A stretch of 64,000 nt of DNA from positions 8,610-72,609 of the forward strand of contig JBAYIY010000004.1 of assembly GCA_041665365.1 (NCBI GenBank), read 5' to 3'. Under the pieces are notes generated by a model. The model saw only the letters and a list, made by a program, of their open reading frames with translations. It made no database searches and was not told where the DNA came from. The DNA comes from Patescibacteria group bacterium (GTDB taxonomy: Bacteria; Patescibacteriota; Patescibacteriia; UBA9570). The position numbers were made by a program, and so were the translations under genes. Below, piece by piece: positions 1 through 10,580 of the stretch (position 1 is the first letter of the stretch; every line of letters begins with the position of its first letter).

Positions 1-3000
1 AAAGTAACTGTACCGAGTGATGGTAGCGTGGTAGATGGTTCATATGCCTTTTCTGAAGATAAAACTGCAGCGGTGTTTTATCCAGCCAGTGATTATCAGG
101 CTGATACTACTTATAAGGTAGAATTAACCAGTGCCATCGAAGGGATTAACCCAGATACCGGCGCGGTCTATAATTTATCCTCCAGTGATTCAAAACGGAT
201 TTTTACTTTCAGCACCGGTACCACCACCGATGATATTCCACCAACTGTTAATGTGGCCGAACTGGCACCATTTCCAGCTGACGGTGATGTGGATATTTGT
301 TTGAACCCAACACTGCAGGTATCATTTTCGGAAAGCCTTGATCCGGCATCGCCATCTGATAATAATTTTTGGTTATTCAAAGCCGCTGACGTTGTAGCCG
401 ATACATTAGATATTGGTAACATTCGGTTAACCAGTATTGGTGGGGAATCGGATGATACTATTGTTACCTCTCCGCAAGACCAATTAGATAGTAACACTGA
501 GTATGGCATTAGTTTGTATAGTGGTGACCCAGCGACCGATCAGTTTACTGGCGCCATTTATGATACATGCGGCAACCCGTTGAGTGGTAATTTTGATGTT
601 CTGATGACAGGTAGCCCAACGGATGATTATATCGATTCGGCTGCCACCACCTATCCCTGGACATTTACGACCGGCGATCAACCATATTGTGTACCGAATA
701 TTGATAGTGTCAGCCAAGAAGATTCTTACTACAGTGAAGATCAAGCACCAATCGGTACCAGTGGAGATGAAGATACTGGTGTTACCACTTTAACCGGTGA
801 TTATCTTTATCCATTTTATGATGTTAATTTTAACGATAATATCTCGGCAGCTGGAATAAATTGTTTTGATACTGGGCACGATACTACATTAGGTTGTTTT
901 GTTAGCCATACTGGTAGTTCCAGTATTTCTTTGCGCTTACCGGTGGCCAGTCAAACCGGGGTAGTGAGTGTGGAAAATAATAATGGTGCCGATGATTCAC
1001 CGCAAGTGGCGGTAGTAGCTTCACCTTATCTGCGTAGTACTTCACCAGCCACTGGGCCAGTTGGACAGTATATTACCATTCGCGGAAAGCATTTCGGTGA
1101 TTATGATCCAGCTGTATCTGGCAGTGAGCGTGGTCAAGTGTGGTTTGGTGATGTGGCCGGTGAATTCGTTTGTGCGGATGGTTGGGACGATACCAGTATT
1201 ATTGTGCGTGTACCAGTGGGGTTAAATGTTGATGATACACCAACCATTCAAGTTATTACAGCCGCCGGTAAATATAGTAATCAATTAAGCTTTACCGTAA
1301 CCGACGGTACACCTGGCCCTGGTTTGTGTGAGTTAGTACCAAAGTGTAGTGATACTGGAGCCGATAGTGTCACGGCCTTAGGAGAAAATTTTGGAGATGA
1401 TGGTGCCGTTTATTTTCAATCATCTTCTGGTGAGGTTAATATTGGCACGGTGACTAGTTGGAATGTGTATAATGAAACCTATCTTAGTCAGACCGTTGTC
1501 ACGGATGGCACGCCGGTAACTGCTCTAGATACGTATAGTTTTTCAGTTGGGTCTACTGGTATTAGTAATAGTTTAGATTTTAAAATTTCCTGTGCCGAAC
1601 CGCCTAGTTTATTTGAGTCTTATAGTTGTGATCTCAGTGCCGGCACCTATTATCTACCAAATCCAACCAGTTCGAGTGATAATGCCTGTGTTAATAGTGT
1701 GATTGATTTTGCTTTCACCACGACTATGGATGATACTGCGGTTGAATCTGGCGTGGCGATTTATAAGTGTAATAATACAGAACCATTCGATGATACAACT
1801 TGTACGCCAATTACTGGTGAGTATATTAGCGGTTTTCTCGATTCAGCTTATGGTGCCGGCAGTACGGCTAGTGAATATTCCTTCACTCCGAGCGGTGGTT
1901 TTTCGGCTGGTTACTACTATAAAGTAACTATACCATCAAGTGTGACTGACAGCACTGGTGTGGGCTTAGATAGTGATTACGCCTGGAATTTTAAAGTGCG
2001 AGATGATACTAGTGCCTGTAAAGTAGATTCTTTATCAGTTTCACCAGCCACGGAACGTGTCACGGGTTATGACGCGGTGGATGCGTGTCTGGATAATCAT
2101 AATTATAAAGACACAAGCTATTCATTGCGCGCTCGTCCGGCCACGGCTGATTGTTTGATGCTTGATGCGGTGGGGGATTACACTTGGGATATAAGTGAAC
2201 CTGCTATATTAACTTTTGGTAGCAATAGCACCACCGGTAGCGATGTCGTTGGTAGTAGTCTGACTCATACTACAACTAATGGTTATGATACTGTTTGTTT
2301 ACAGGGAGCCGGCGAAACCAATGATGGTTTATCTACTGTCTCTGCCTCCATCGAAGGTGTGTCAGATTCAGCTGATATTGAGGTTGATTTTGGTTATTGT
2401 ACGCAAGATAGTGATTGCTATACGGCCGATTGTCGTGATACCTATTGTGATGCCACCACGTCACATTGTGCTCCAGATGTAATTGGATTTACCCCAGCTA
2501 CGGTTGGAGCCGGTGGTTGTTTAACTTTAAATGGTTGCTATTTTGGTAGTGATCAAACTCAATCGGGTTATTGTACGTGTACCAGTTTAAAAGCAGACGG
2601 TGAAACCTGCACGATTGATGAAGGTGATGTGGCCTGTTTGTTATCTGGTGGTATTTCCAGTTGTACTTTAAATGAGGAATATTGTGAGTTAGGTAGCACT
2701 TGTACCACTGAATCAGCCGAGGCTAATTATGATTTAGGTTATTTTAGGGGTTGTGACTGTATCATGACTGATGGTACTAGCCGCACTTGTCGTGTGGAAG
2801 ATGGTGCTACCCAATGTGTGGTAGCTGGTTCTGAAACTTGTTCAGCTACTTCAAGTACATTTACCGCCGGTGGTGCTGGCAGTATCAGTTTTGGTAGTAC
2901 TACCGCCTCAACTCCAGCTTCAACCTACTGTGGTGACGTTTGGAATACCGATCAAGTAGTGGTACAAGTTCCAGAAGATGGTTCAGTTACCCCGGGCACC

Positions 3001-6000
3001 TACGATGTAACATTACAGAGTTACTACGGATTGTCTGACACCATTGAGGGTTGTGCGGTGGGTAGTGACCCAACAGCTTGTTTATGTAGAATAGAGCCAG
3101 CTCGTGGCCAAGAAGGTACCATCGCCGATTTATTTGGTGACCACTTTGATCTTTTCACCACCAATCGGCGAGTCACTTTTGCTGGTTCAATCAGTCGTGT
3201 TCAGACTGATGGCACTGAAACTTGGACTAGTGCCAATGAAATTAACAACTCTATCGTACCAGAAGGGGCTGTTAGTAGTTCTGAAGGTGTGCAATTGGAG
3301 GACGATACTTCTACCAGTAACGCTTTGAATTTTAATGTGAGTTGTAGTTCCGATTTTGATTGTGCCACCGGTTGTTGTAACGCCGGGCAGTGTGCAGCGG
3401 CCGAGCAGTGCAATATTTGTACCACTGACAGTGATTGTTCTTCCAGTGCTTGTACTTCCACTTGTGTGGCCAGTACTTGTGCGCCGGTTATTACTAAGCT
3501 TAGTCCAGATCATGGTGCCGTCGGGCAACCGGTAACTATTCAGGGTTGTCATTTTGGGTCTTATTATGATCCCGCCAGTTCCACTCCGGGAAGTACCGTT
3601 ACCATGGATGGTATTCAAGCCGAGTTAGCCTGTTCAGAAACGCAAGAGTGGAGTAACCGCCAGATTATTGTCACAGCACCAGATGGTATATTTACTGATG
3701 CCACCACTGATTTAGCTAGTGTGCAAGTGCAACAGGTTAGTACAGTGAATGCGGAGTTGATCGCTCAAACCAGCAATGCCGTTGATTTTACTATGGATAA
3801 TAGCTGCTCTGAAGTTGATTTGCCAGTGTTGTGTAATGCTAATCCCGTCTACAGCCCAGTGGCTAATGATGTTACTTTAACCGGTGAGAATTTCCGCGCT
3901 GAAGCTGATGGTTATTGCGCTTGTACTACTAGTTTAGGTGACTGCAAAATCACGGCGGGTGATACCTCTTGTACTCTCACAGAAAGTAACACGTATTATG
4001 TCAATCCGACTGATACCAGTGAAGTTTGTGCTAATGGCAGTTCCGGTCCGGCCACCTCCAATGCCAATACTTTTTACGATGCCACCGTTGGTGCTTGTGT
4101 GTATACCGATACCACTGATACAACTATTACTTGTCAGATTACAACTGGGTCGGCCAGTTGTGTAGTAACAAATTCAGACACGTGTTATGCCGATCGGATT
4201 GATACCAGTTTGAAATGTTCAAAAGATGTTACCGGTTTTGTATCATTAGATGGTTCTGCTCAATACTATTCAGATCAAGCAGCAATCATAGATTGGACGA
4301 CATATTCCAGTACAAAATACGATACAACTGTGCCGAGTGATAGTGAAACTGGAGATGTCAACGTAATTTCTACCACTCAAAATAATACTCAGTGCGTCAG
4401 TAATGGTCTTGAATTTCCAATTTCTTGTGCCTCGTGTGGGGAATGTAACAGTACCGCCGATCATGCATTGAATTGTGATCTCACCTATGATGCCGCCTTT
4501 GGTAGTTGTACCACCTCAAGTACTGGGTTTTGCCGCGCTCAACCGGATTCATGCTGTAATGTCTCCAGTTGTATCTACGATGATACTGCCACTACTGCCG
4601 TCGATGGTGGTACTTGTGTTGGTCAGCCAGTAGTAGCCTTTACTGATCCGGTTATGGCTGTTCAACCAGGTGATACAAATATTTGCGCCAATGTGCAGCT
4701 ACATGTGAAATTTAGTGAAGGCATGACTACCAGTGCCGCCACTGATACGAGCGATAACTTTGATAAATATATTTTCTTACGCCCATCTTCAGCTGATGAC
4801 ACAGCTAGTGATGAAACAGTGTTGAGCACAATTACTCCAACCAAAACCGGCAGTGAGTTAACTTTAGATCTGACAAAATTATTGGATTATGACACTGACT
4901 ATGAATTGATCATTCGTAGTCAGGATACAATTGTGTCAGGCACAAAGCATCAATCGGGTGTAATTTCAGCCACGACCGGTGCCGCTATTGGCTGTGATGC
5001 GACCATGAGTGCACTCGGTGTGTGTCATGATGGTTATATCAAATACACTTTTACCACTGCATCAGCGGCTGATTATTCGACCCAGTGTGGTCCGGCCAGC
5101 GTAGTATTAGAGGCGGATAGTAGTGACTTTATTGACCATGATTATACCTTTAATGAATCAGGGCAAACGGAAGATATCACCGCTACCACCTATTCCGGTG
5201 ATAGTCAGGCGATTAGTAGAATTGATGATGGTACAGAACCTGGTTTTTCTTGGAGTTATGACTGGACACCAACCTATACCACCTTAGCCGATTTAGAAGC
5301 CGATATCTGTCCGATTGCTGGCATTATTGGTGCCAGTACGGATGTGCCTAATCAAACTCTCACCGCTGATACACCAGATGCTGAAGGTGAACATACTGAT
5401 ACAGTAAAAGTTTCCATCACTGGAGATGGTTCCGTTGAACAAGGTTGGAATAATTCTTTTACCGATAGTTTATTATACGATTTTCAATACTGTGATCCAG
5501 ATAAATTAGTCACTTATAGTAACAGTGATTACAACTTATATTGGTCATACTGTCAGGGTGATATGGCTGAGTTTGATGAGGTGTTTAGTAGAGATAGCGC
5601 TAAAATTACTGAAGAATATGGTCACACGGAAGATTTTATTTATGAAATCGGTTTTAAAGATACTGCTGCGACTACCAATGATGCCACTACTAATAATAAC
5701 TTGATTGTGTTACGGGTTTATCCAAACGATATTGACGGTTCACCAGCTTCACCTTGGGATAGTATCAATCCAGATTTATGGTATATGCTAAATACCAATA
5801 ACCCTTCGGCTACCGCTACTCCAACCACAGTGAATGGTTATGATGCTGTCACAGTCGGTAATACTGTTTATGTGGCGGCCAATAATTTGGATGATCACGA
5901 TGATTCTATAGAGGTTGAGGGGGAGGAAGAAGAAGATCTTAATTATGGTACTTTATCATCTTACATGTTTGTAGTGGCTTACAGTGCCGATGCCTCCAGT

Positions 6001-6672
6001 GCCACGACTGATGTAGTCACGGCTATTTTAGATGGTTTCAAATTTAATCGTAATGAGACATTATCAACCGATTGTGCCTTAGAAAAAGCTAAATTAGTCA
6101 TCGATACCAACCGGGTGACCGACTTAGGTACGATCGCTTATTTATTAAGTAGTTATTATTATCATGATAGTGACGGTAATGGTGTAAATGATTTTCCAGA
6201 TTTAACCAGTGGTTCATATATTACCGGTTTAACCACGTCAGTTTGGCCATCTTGGGATGCAGTGTTAGGCGATGCGCTGGGGCAGACGTTGTTTACGGAT
6301 CCGGTTAATACTTTTGCCGATGCAACCACACAGTGCCCATACGCGCCGGACGATAATAAATACTATGATGCCTCTGGCTCATGTTGGGATCCGGTAAACA
6401 AAAAATTCTTCGGGCCAACTGATTCTCATGTTTATCTTTATGAATATCAATCGGCTGATCAATTTGCTTTATATTCCAAGCTAGATTATACCGGTTTAGG
6501 TAGTTGGGGACAGAGTTACTCGTATGATCCATGCACGACATATTCTGATGGTACCACAGCTGTGTCTACTAAAATCAGTGGTTTTTCCGGAGGGTGTTCG
6601 ACCTTTAACTACCTGGTCAATAATACATTGACGACAGATAATACCCTGTATGCCAAACTCTTTGCCGATTGA
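1..6672 (+). CDS. Giant secreted/cell-surface protein (over 2214 aa). The reading frame is open from base 1, so the gene is probably 5'-truncated by the window edge. It is Thr/Ser/Asp/Gly/Cys-rich with repeated IPT/TIG-like modules and many CxxxC pairs.
   Basis: The track ORF 28..6672 is in frame with bases 1-27 with no stop. Repeated '...GQ(Y/P)(I/V)TI(R/Q)G.HFG...' segments resemble IPT/TIG domains. The composition is extreme in Cys and Thr. No TM segment is seen in the part covered. Confidence 0.6.
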   Translation, partial: KVTVPSDGSVVDGSYAFSEDKTAAVFYPASDYQADTTYKVELTSAIEGINPDTGAVYNLSSSDSKRIFTFSTGTTTDDIPPTVNVAELAPFPADGDVDICLNPTLQVSFSESLDPASPSDNNFWLFKAADVVADTLDIGNIRLTSIGGESDDTIVTSPQDQLDSNTEYGISLYSGDPATDQFTGAIYDTCGNPLSGNFDVLMTGSPTDDYIDSAATTYPWTFTTGDQPYCVPNIDSVSQEDSYYSEDQAPIGTSGDEDTGVTTLTGDYLYPFYDVNFNDNISAAGINCFDTGHDTTLGCFVSHTGSSSISLRLPVASQTGVVSVENNNGADDSPQVAVVASPYLRSTSPATGPVGQYITIRGKHFGDYDPAVSGSERGQVWFGDVAGEFVCADGWDDTSIIVRVPVGLNVDDTPTIQVITAAGKYSNQLSFTVTDGTPGPGLCELVPKCSDTGADSVTALGENFGDDGAVYFQSSSGEVNIGTVTSWNVYNETYLSQTVVTDGTPVTALDTYSFSVGSTGISNSLDFKISCAEPPSLFESYSCDLSAGTYYLPNPTSSSDNACVNSVIDFAFTTTMDDTAVESGVAIYKCNNTEPFDDTTCTPITGEYISGFLDSAYGAGSTASEYSFTPSGGFSAGYYYKVTIPSSVTDSTGVGLDSDYAWNFKVRDDTSACKVDSLSVSPATERVTGYDAVDACLDNHNYKDTSYSLRARPATADCLMLDAVGDYTWDISEPAILTFGSNSTTGSDVVGSSLTHTTTNGYDTVCLQGAGETNDGLSTVSASIEGVSDSADIEVDFGYCTQDSDCYTADCRDTYCDATTSHCAPDVIGFTPATVGAGGCLTLNGCYFGSDQTQSGYCTCTSLKADGETCTIDEGDVACLLSGGISSCTLNEEYCELGSTCTTESAEANYDLGYFRGCDCIMTDGTSRTCRVEDGATQCVVAGSETCSATSSTFTAGGAGSISFGSTTASTPASTYCGDVWNTDQVVVQVPEDGSVTPGTYDVTLQSYYGLSDTIEGCAVGSDPTACLCRIEPARGQEGTIADLFGDHFDLFTTNRRVTFAGSISRVQTDGTETWTSANEINNSIVPEGAVSSSEGVQLEDDTSTSNALNFNVSCSSDFDCATGCCNAGQCAAAEQCNICTTDSDCSSSACTSTCVASTCAPVITKLSPDHGAVGQPVTIQGCHFGSYYDPASSTPGSTVTMDGIQAELACSETQEWSNRQIIVTAPDGIFTDATTDLASVQVQQVSTVNAELIAQTSNAVDFTMDNSCSEVDLPVLCNANPVYSPVANDVTLTGENFRAEADGYCACTTSLGDCKITAGDTSCTLTESNTYYVNPTDTSEVCANGSSGPATSNANTFYDATVGACVYTDTTDTTITCQITTGSASCVVTNSDTCYADRIDTSLKCSKDVTGFVSLDGSAQYYSDQAAIIDWTTYSSTKYDTTVPSDSETGDVNVISTTQNNTQCVSNGLEFPISCASCGECNSTADHALNCDLTYDAAFGSCTTSSTGFCRAQPDSCCNVSSCIYDDTATTAVDGGTCVGQPVVAFTDPVMAVQPGDTNICANVQLHVKFSEGMTTSAATDTSDNFDKYIFLRPSSADDTASDETVLSTITPTKTGSELTLDLTKLLDYDTDYELIIRSQDTIVSGTKHQSGVISATTGAAIGCDATMSALGVCHDGYIKYTFTTASAADYSTQCGPASVVLEADSSDFIDHDYTFNESGQTEDITATTYSGDSQAISRIDDGTEPGFSWSYDWTPTYTTLADLEADICPIAGIIGASTDVPNQTLTADTPDAEGEHTDTVKVSITGDGSVEQGWNNSFTDSLLYDFQYCDPDKLVTYSNSDYNLYWSYCQGDMAEFDEVFSRDSAKITEEYGHTEDFIYEIGFKDTAATTNDATTNNNLIVLRVYPNDIDGSPASPWDSINPDLWYMLNTNNPSATATPTTVNGYDAVTVGNTVYVAANNLDDHDDSIEVEGEEEEDLNYGTLSSYMFVVAYSADASSATTDVVTAILDGFKFNRNETLSTDCALEKAKLVIDTNRVTDLGTIAYLLSSYYYHDSDGNGVNDFPDLTSGSYITGLTTSVWPSWDAVLGDALGQTLFTDPVNTFADATTQCPYAPDDNKYYDASGSCWDPVNKKFFGPTDSHVYLYEYQSADQFALYSKLDYTGLGSWGQSYSYDPCTTYSDGTTAVSTKISGFSGGCSTFNYLVNNTLTTDNTLYAKLFAD

Positions 6673-7237
6673 CCCTAATGTTGAAGATATCTTCGCTGAA
6701 TCTGTTAATGCCGCAGCGGGAGCGGAACCAGAGCCAGTTGCGCAACCATATGAACCGGTAGTTTATCCCCGATCACATCGTAAGCTATGGATTATTGCCA
6801 TAGTGCTAGTAGGTTTGCTACTATTAGGTGGTCTAGTGGTTGGTGGTTATTTATATTGGCAGACATTGCCTAAACCACAATCACCCGTTCCTACCAATAT
6901 CAATACCAACACAAACATCAATACTAATATACCAGTCACGGTTCCTATCAATACCAACACAAACATCAATACTAATACCAATATTAATGTTACTAGTGTG
7001 GATACCGATCATGATGGATTATCAGATGAGGAAGAATTGGTGTTAAATACCAATCCAAAAAAGAAGGATACCGATGAAGATGGATTATCCGACCGTGAGG
7101 AAGTACGGGTTTATGATACTGACCCGCGTAATCCTGATACGGACGGTGATGGCTACACTGACGGTGATGAAGTAACCCACTTCTATGACCCTAATAATCC
7201 TGATTCAACTAAACGTTTGTTCGATTTACCAAAATAA
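6650..7237 (+). CDS. Membrane-anchored protein with Asn/Thr (NTNTNINTN) low-complexity repeats and three thrombospondin type 3-like Ca-binding repeats (DxDxDGxxDxxE).
   Basis: Single TM 'LWIIAIVLVGLLLLGGLVVGGYLYW'. Motifs 'DTDHDGLSDEEE', 'DTDEDGLSDREE', 'DTDGDGYTDGDE'. An exact 31-bp direct repeat lies at 6899-6929 and 6947-6977 inside the CDS. Confidence 0.55.
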   Translation: MPNSLPIDPNVEDIFAESVNAAAGAEPEPVAQPYEPVVYPRSHRKLWIIAIVLVGLLLLGGLVVGGYLYWQTLPKPQSPVPTNINTNTNINTNIPVTVPINTNTNINTNTNINVTSVDTDHDGLSDEEELVLNTNPKKKDTDEDGLSDREEVRVYDTDPRNPDTDGDGYTDGDEVTHFYDPNNPDSTKRLFDLPK

Positions 7238-7254
7238 ATAACTTAAATTACATT

Positions 7255-8433
7255 ATGGATTTTCCACAACCACCCCAAGGCGCAGCTACTCCATTTCCAG
7301 CCGCGCCACAACCCACTCCTACTACACCACCGTCTTTTCCGGCCACTCCACCAACCTCACCATTGCCCGCCCCATCATTTCCACCACAACCTGTGCAAAT
7401 TCCAGTGCAAGGGGTAAGCGACGAGCAGGTTTATGCTATGCCAGAAAAATTTTTATCGACTAATCCGGCCGGTAGCAGCCCGAGTAGTGAAAAACCGCCG
7501 CGAAAAAAACTGACCATTGTGTTAATTGTGCTAATAATATTAATGGTGCTCGCTACGATTGGTGGAGTAGCCTATTATTTCTTAGTATTGGCTAAAGCTC
7601 CAGTCACAACCACTACATCAACCACTTCTTCCAAAACAACTTCTACTAGTACTACTAACACAAGTAACAATAATGTTAATGCTGTGAATGCCAGCAATGC
7701 AAACAGTAACACGAATAAAATTAATAGTAATGTCAGTAATGTTAATAATGCCAACACTAATAGTAATACAAATTCAAATACCAATGCTGTTGTTAACACA
7801 AATACCAACGTTAATACTAATGTAAATGCTCCGGTAAATACCAACACGAATATTAGTGTCCCGGCCAAAGACACTGACGGTGATGGTTTAACCAATGACG
7901 AAGAAAAAATTTGGGGAACTAAAGCCGATTTACCTGATACGGATGGTGATGGTTATAAAGACGGTGTTGAAGTAGTCGCCGGTTATGATCCAACTAATGC
8001 TACGAGTGCTGGTAAAATATCTGATAATGCAGCTTTAGTCGATACTTATACAAATAGTATGTATAGTTACACTGTGTTACATCCAAACAAGTGGATTGCC
8101 GATGCCTTAACGGAGGGTGATAATACTGAAATATTATTTACGCCAAATACCCTTGAATTAGCGGGACAGTTCGTGGCGATTAGTGTCACTAGTAATCCAT
8201 CTGGGTTAACTGCCTTAGATTGGTACGTTGAAACCAACAAAGTAGCCGAAACTAGTGTAAAACCGGTGACAACATTTTCCGGTTTAAAGGGTGTCTGGAG
8301 TGCTGACGGTAGTACCGCTTACTTTGTTGATAATGATTATGTCTATGCTGTCAGTTATCGTTATGGCACCAGTGCTGAATTGTTCTTCCCTGATACCTTT
8401 CAGTTAATGGTGAAAAGCTTTTCCTTGAATTAA
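7255..8433 (+). CDS. Paralog of the preceding gene: Pro-rich N-terminus, one TM, a long N/T/S/V low-complexity tract, two TSP3-like Ca-binding repeats, and a C-terminal globular domain.
   Basis: 'DTDGDGLTNDEE' and 'DTDGDGYKDGVE'. TM 'IVLIVLIILMVLATIGGVAYYFLVL'. NTN/NSN repeats. Confidence 0.55.
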   Translation: MDFPQPPQGAATPFPAAPQPTPTTPPSFPATPPTSPLPAPSFPPQPVQIPVQGVSDEQVYAMPEKFLSTNPAGSSPSSEKPPRKKLTIVLIVLIILMVLATIGGVAYYFLVLAKAPVTTTTSTTSSKTTSTSTTNTSNNNVNAVNASNANSNTNKINSNVSNVNNANTNSNTNSNTNAVVNTNTNVNTNVNAPVNTNTNISVPAKDTDGDGLTNDEEKIWGTKADLPDTDGDGYKDGVEVVAGYDPTNATSAGKISDNAALVDTYTNSMYSYTVLHPNKWIADALTEGDNTEILFTPNTLELAGQFVAISVTSNPSGLTALDWYVETNKVAETSVKPVTTFSGLKGVWSADGSTAYFVDNDYVYAVSYRYGTSAELFFPDTFQLMVKSFSLN

Positions 8434-8435
8434 TC

Positions 8436-8849
8436 ATGCAACTTGAGTTATCCAAGCGTGTATCTGCTCAGCTGGTGACGGAATCATTCATAAAGACTAT
8501 ATTTTCAGCTCTGCAGCGTTATGTAAAAATTCCAGACAGTTATGACTTTATCAGTGTAGATGTAGTCGGTGATACGTCAATGCAGGCTTTAAATAAGACA
8601 TACCGTCAGCAAAACTACATTCCAGATGTACTCTCGTTTCCGTATGGGCCAGAAGGTGGTGAAATTGTACTGTGTTATCCACAAGCCAAGCGGCAAGCCA
8701 AAGCCAAACAAGTCCCACTACGTTCAGAATTAGCTTGGTTATTAATACATGGATTTTTACACATCCTTGGATATGATCATGAACAAGCCACGGCTGCTAA
8801 AATTATGCGCCCACTCGAACAACGTATTTTACAGGCAATAAAATTATGA
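8436..8849 (+). CDS. ybeY: Endoribonuclease YbeY (rRNA maturation factor)
   Basis: Zn-binding motif 'HGFLHILGYDHE' (H-x3-H-x5-H) characteristic of YbeY. About 137 aa. Confidence 0.8.
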   Translation: MQLELSKRVSAQLVTESFIKTIFSALQRYVKIPDSYDFISVDVVGDTSMQALNKTYRQQNYIPDVLSFPYGPEGGEIVLCYPQAKRQAKAKQVPLRSELAWLLIHGFLHILGYDHEQATAAKIMRPLEQRILQAIKL

Positions 8850-9223
8850 TTAGTGTACGACAACTCCATAACAGTTTCTACTATGCTGTTCAAGGCCTAC
8901 AGTATGTTTGGCGCAATGAACAGAATTTTCGCTTACAGTGCGGTATAGCTGTGTTAGTGGTGCTGGCGATGGTATTCTTTCGTGTTACTTTACCAGAAGC
9001 TATTGTGCTCACTATGATGATAGTGTGTGTCTTAGTGTTAGAAGTGATTAATACCATTTTTGAGAAGCTGGTTGATATCCTAAAACCGCGCATGCACACT
9101 TATGTTGGCATTATTAAAGATATGATGGCAGCGACAGTGCTGTTAGCTTCGGTAGGGGCGGCTTTGATTGCTGCGATGGTGTTCATACCTTATTGCCTTG
9201 AATTGGTGCAATTGCTACAATAG
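8846..9223 (+). CDS. dgkA: Diacylglycerol/undecaprenol kinase (DgkA family)
   Basis: Three TM helices in about 125 aa. 'WRNEQNFRLQ' and 'EVINTIFEKLVD' resemble DgkA conserved blocks. ybeY-dgkA synteny is common. Start overlaps the ybeY stop (ATGA). Confidence 0.65.
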   Translation: MISVRQLHNSFYYAVQGLQYVWRNEQNFRLQCGIAVLVVLAMVFFRVTLPEAIVLTMMIVCVLVLEVINTIFEKLVDILKPRMHTYVGIIKDMMAATVLLASVGAALIAAMVFIPYCLELVQLLQ

Positions 9224-9227
9224 TACC

Positions 9228-10478
9228 ATGGCGCGCGCTGACATCATTACTGGATTAGATATAGGCTCAACGACTATTCGTGTTGCGGTTGGGCAGGTCA
9301 ATCAGCACGATGGTGATTTACATATTATTGGTGCTGCTGAGCATCCCGCTGAAGGTATCAACAAAGGAGTTGTGACCAGCATCGAAGATGCGGTGTCGAG
9401 TATTTCTGGTGCTCTAGATAAAGCTGAGCGCATGACCGGCATTCCCATCGAGCGAGCTTATGTGAGTGTTAATGGTAGTCATATTGTGGCGCAAGATAGT
9501 CATGGCGTAGTGGCGGTGTCTAAAGCCGATGGTGAAATTCGTGAAGATGATGTGCAACGCGCCATTGAAGCCGCGCAGACCGTAGCCACCCCACCGAACT
9601 ATGAAATTTTACATGTGATTCCACATCAGTTTCAGGTGGATAATCAATCTGGCGTAAAAGATCCAATTGGCATGACCGGCATAAAGTTAGAAGTTGATGC
9701 TCAGATTATTTTGGGTTTAACCGCGCAAATCAAAAATTTAACCAAGTGTGTTTATCGTACCGGAACAGATATTCAAGATCTCGTGCTGGGTGTATTAGCA
9801 GTCGGTGAAGCAGTTTTAACTAAAAGACAAAAAGAATTAGGTGTGGCTTTAGTGAGTATGGGTGGATTAACCACCAGCATAATGGTATTTGAAGAAGGGG
9901 ATATGATTCATACCAAAGTTATCCCAGTCGGTTCTGGTCACATCACTAATGATATTGCCATTGGCTTACGCACGTCTGTTGATGTGGCTGAAGCCATCAA
10001 GGCTCGCTTTGGCACAGCTGTTCCGGATGAAGTGGGTAAGCATGAAGAAATTGATTTACGTGAAATTGATCCAAATGAAAATAGTCGTGTCTCACGCCGC
10101 GAAGTAGCCGAAATTATTGAAGCGCGTTTAGAGGAATTATTTACCTTAGTGAATAAAGAATTAAAAGTCATTAATCGTCATGGCATGTTACCAGCTGGTA
10201 TAGTTTTAACCGGTGGTGGTGCTAAGTTGACCGGCATTACAGAGGTGGCTAAAAAACAATTCTCATTACCAGCCTCAGTTGGTACACCCCGTCAGTTCAA
10301 AACAGCTATTGATAAGATAGAAGATCCGGTCTTTGCGACTGCATTAGGCCTGGTTTTGTGGGGAGAAAATATGAATGAACAACCGCACGCTGGTGGTTTA
10401 GCCTCACTAGCTCGTTTTTCTGTAGTGGGCGATGCCACGACAAAAATGAAGAAGTGGTTTAAGAGTTTACTACCATAA
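9228..10478 (+). CDS. ftsA: Cell division protein FtsA
   Basis: The N-terminus 'MARADIITGLDIGSTTIRVAVGQV' is the actin-like FtsA phosphate-1 motif. The start was moved to the ATG at 9228 (the track ORF begins at 9168 inside dgkA). Lies directly upstream of ftsZ. Confidence 0.85.
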   Translation: MARADIITGLDIGSTTIRVAVGQVNQHDGDLHIIGAAEHPAEGINKGVVTSIEDAVSSISGALDKAERMTGIPIERAYVSVNGSHIVAQDSHGVVAVSKADGEIREDDVQRAIEAAQTVATPPNYEILHVIPHQFQVDNQSGVKDPIGMTGIKLEVDAQIILGLTAQIKNLTKCVYRTGTDIQDLVLGVLAVGEAVLTKRQKELGVALVSMGGLTTSIMVFEEGDMIHTKVIPVGSGHITNDIAIGLRTSVDVAEAIKARFGTAVPDEVGKHEEIDLREIDPNENSRVSRREVAEIIEARLEELFTLVNKELKVINRHGMLPAGIVLTGGGAKLTGITEVAKKQFSLPASVGTPRQFKTAIDKIEDPVFATALGLVLWGENMNEQPHAGGLASLARFSVVGDATTKMKKWFKSLLP

Positions 10479-10510
10479 ATTTGTGTGGACACAAAAAGTG
10501 TTCAGAACTA

Positions 10511-10539
10511 TTGACGTAATATACTATTGCTAGTATCAT
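10511..10539 (+). promoter_or_regulatory. Sigma70-like promoter upstream of ftsZ (TTGACG-17 bp-TATCAT)
   Basis: Read directly: ttgacg at 10511-16 and tatcat at 10534-39, with a 17-bp spacer. Confidence 0.4.
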
Positions 10540-10580
10540 TGGCAATTGTATAACTTAGCATTGAACAAAAAAAGTGTTAT

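Noticed and set aside
168-4844. Small ORFs antisense or out of frame within the giant surface-protein gene and elsewhere (60-140 aa)
   Set aside because: They lie entirely inside a long, well-supported CDS, have skewed low-complexity composition, and have no RBS. They are treated as spurious.
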